A stretch of 35,218 nt of DNA from Lysobacterales bacterium (GTDB lineage Bacteria > Pseudomonadota > Gammaproteobacteria > Xanthomonadales > S139-57): positions 1 through 35,218 of the forward strand of contig JALWTZ010000433.1 in NCBI GenBank assembly GCA_026993285.1, read 5' to 3'. A program made the translations under genes and the position numbers. The notes beneath the pieces were generated by a model. That model saw nothing but the letters and a program-made list of their open reading frames with translations, had not been told where the DNA came from and did not search any database. Of this stretch, positions 34,801 to 35,218 are shown in pieces. The first letter of the stretch is position 1, and every line of letters begins with the position of its first letter.

Positions 34801-35218
34801 CCCATCAGGTCATCCAGTGGCTGCCAGTTGGCTCCCCCATCGGTGGTTTTCCACACACCACCGGCTACCGCCGCGGCATACATCGTGTTGCTATTGTTCG
34901 GGTCAATCACCAGCTGCCGGGTGCGGCCGCCGATATTGCCGGGGCCGAGAAAGGTCCAGTTGACAAAGGCCGCCCGGCTACCCGGCTCCACAAACTGGCC
35001 CAACAGGCTGGAATACAGTGGCAACTGATCGGCCTGTACACGGGCCTGCTGGTACAGCGCATAATCCAGCGTGGTCTCACCCCGGGGTGCGCGCTTGTAG
35101 ATAAAGAAATTACTGGCTTCCTGCGGCTGGTCGGCACGTTCCTCTGCCTGTTTGGCTGGTGGTTGGATGTTAGAGGTTTGCTGGCAGCCGGCCAGGGCTA
35201 CGGCCAGCACCACAGGAA
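31833..35218 (-). CDS. large surface lipoprotein: Asp-box (BNR/sortilin-Vps10-like) beta-propeller region + tandem cadherin-like/Ig-like domains (N-terminus beyond window edge)
   Basis: More than 1126 aa, with the frame open to the window end. A lipobox is present (LAVALAGC). There are nine S/T-x-D-G-G-x-x-W type Asp boxes (e.g. KTTDGGANW, KTTDGGATW, RSTDGGANW, KSSDGGSNW). Two 103-aa repeats follow (DxDxDPLSWS...Y.P...YNG.DSFTVQVSDGNGGTD...VNDAP), then a further Ig-like domain. Confidence 0.85.
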   Translation of the reverse strand, partial: PVVLAVALAGCQQTSNIQPPAKQAEERADQPQEASNFFIYKRAPRGETTLDYALYQQARVQADQLPLYSSLLGQFVEPGSRAAFVNWTFLGPGNIGGRTRQLVIDPNNSNTMYAAAVAGGVWKTTDGGANWQPLDDLMGNLAVSSLVMDPNNNQILYAGTGEGFYNVDAVRGAGIFKTTDGGATWTQLASTTGSSFYYVNDLKISAWNSNRIYAATNSGLFRSTDGGANWIPMYLDDGTNTRIGRCTQLQLRTDLNNQDVLFASCFSTDGSRNDHMIWRSYDAEAFIPSWEAVLNDPGMGRSSMALAPSNQNILYVLASHDGSSNATYTDGLQAVYRTIDGGTNWSTQVDNNNANQLNTLQLTNPAALLCWSQGYFNQGWYDNVIAVDPVNPNRIWVGGVDLMVSDDAGQNWMIASYWWINPRDGGINSDSPHADQHVIVFDPGYDGVTNTKMYVANDGGIYRANNATAAGTTLTSEICPSFYSDVQWIESIGWVNLNNSYGATQFYHGQAYPNSIQYFAGAQDNGTLRGNDLDGPNLWSQILGGDGGYVSIDPNNMQILYASYTGLSLQKSSDGGSNWADAITGINTTLDTGFLFITPHTMDPGNANNLWIGGNYLWRTTDAAGSWVQASTNNGASLSAIGVSPINSNAVLAGFTDGQIRYQTAALSADATTDWPVATPEAGCYISSVRFAPGSDQVAYATSSAFGCGHVFKTSNGGVNWTDISNDLPDIPAHDLMVDPNNSNRLLLATDLGMFVSVNGGTNWAQENTGFANVVVESLDMEIISGQPVLFAFTHGRGAWKAPLSSASNSAPVITDPDGTDDGQTAVTMDEDGNPTAFSLAQLTATDADSDPLSWSISAAASNGSASVDASGNVGYAPNANYNGTDSFTVQVSDGNGGTDTLVVNVTIDPVNDAPVLTDPDGTDDGQTAVSMDEDGSPTAFSLAQLLASDIDNDPLSWSISTTANRGTAGVDASGNVSYTPNADYNGSDSFTVQVSDGNGGTDTLVVNLTINSVNDPPSFTAGGDVQVSDTQGSYSAAWASNLSVGPANESSQTLTFTVSNDNNALFATQPAIDASGVLSFATIPGQTGQATVSVSLSDGIDSTAVETFVITVQLDETIFSDSFEGP
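32169..32786 (-). repeat. 2 x 309-bp tandem duplication encoding two 103-aa cadherin-like domains
   Basis: The period was measured from matching strings (CACCAGCGTATCGGTTCCACCGTTGCCATCACT at about 32200 and about 32509, an offset of 309 nt). Each copy ends with the VND codons (32169-32177 and 32478-32486). The copies are highly similar at the DNA level. Confidence 0.9.

Noticed and set aside
1-35218. Scan for tRNA/rRNA genes, CRISPR arrays, transposases, integrases and toxin-antitoxin or known defence genes
   Set aside because: I saw no T-arm (GGTTCGAATCC-like) context and no spacer-repeat periodicity other than the coding 24-bp and 309-bp repeats. No ORF had recombinase or nuclease signatures.

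Overview
This window is a GC-rich chromosomal segment that looks gammaproteobacterial, with about 27 protein genes and no rRNA, tRNA, CRISPR or transposase genes that I could see. The genes, in order:
- (-) a partial coiled-coil membrane protein, hslR and htpG, the last with a sigma32-type promoter
- (+) uvrA
- (-) tyrA
- a visibly A/T-richer insert (~6951-13013) carrying a DUF1800/DUF1501 pair and a translationally coupled three-gene operon: a stand-alone EAL protein, a putative HTH protein, and a secreted protein with 13 tandem TPEREGTG octapeptides
- (-) a tightly packed six-gene arginine operon, argF'-argG-argE-argA/B-argC-argH, of the acetylornithine-transcarbamylase (Xanthomonas-like) type
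- (-) a PLP decarboxylase and map
- (+) rpsB-tsf
- (+) a POT-family transporter split by a frameshift
- a REP-like palindrome doublet
- (-) a Cys-rich CopZ-N-like protein, alr and dnaB
- (-) rplI-rpsR-rpsF
- (-) a MotY-like OmpA protein
- (-) a lipoprotein of more than 1126 aa with Asp-box propeller and cadherin-like domains, running off the window edge

The best leads are:
1. A small Arg-codon-rich leader ORF with mutually exclusive terminator and antiterminator pairings directly upstream of the arg operon. This is a candidate arginine attenuator.
2. The low-GC EAL / HTH / octapeptide-repeat operon.
3. The repeat array itself, whose variation is synonymous only.

All calls come from reading the sequence and ORF translations by eye. 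No database search or folding calculation was run.
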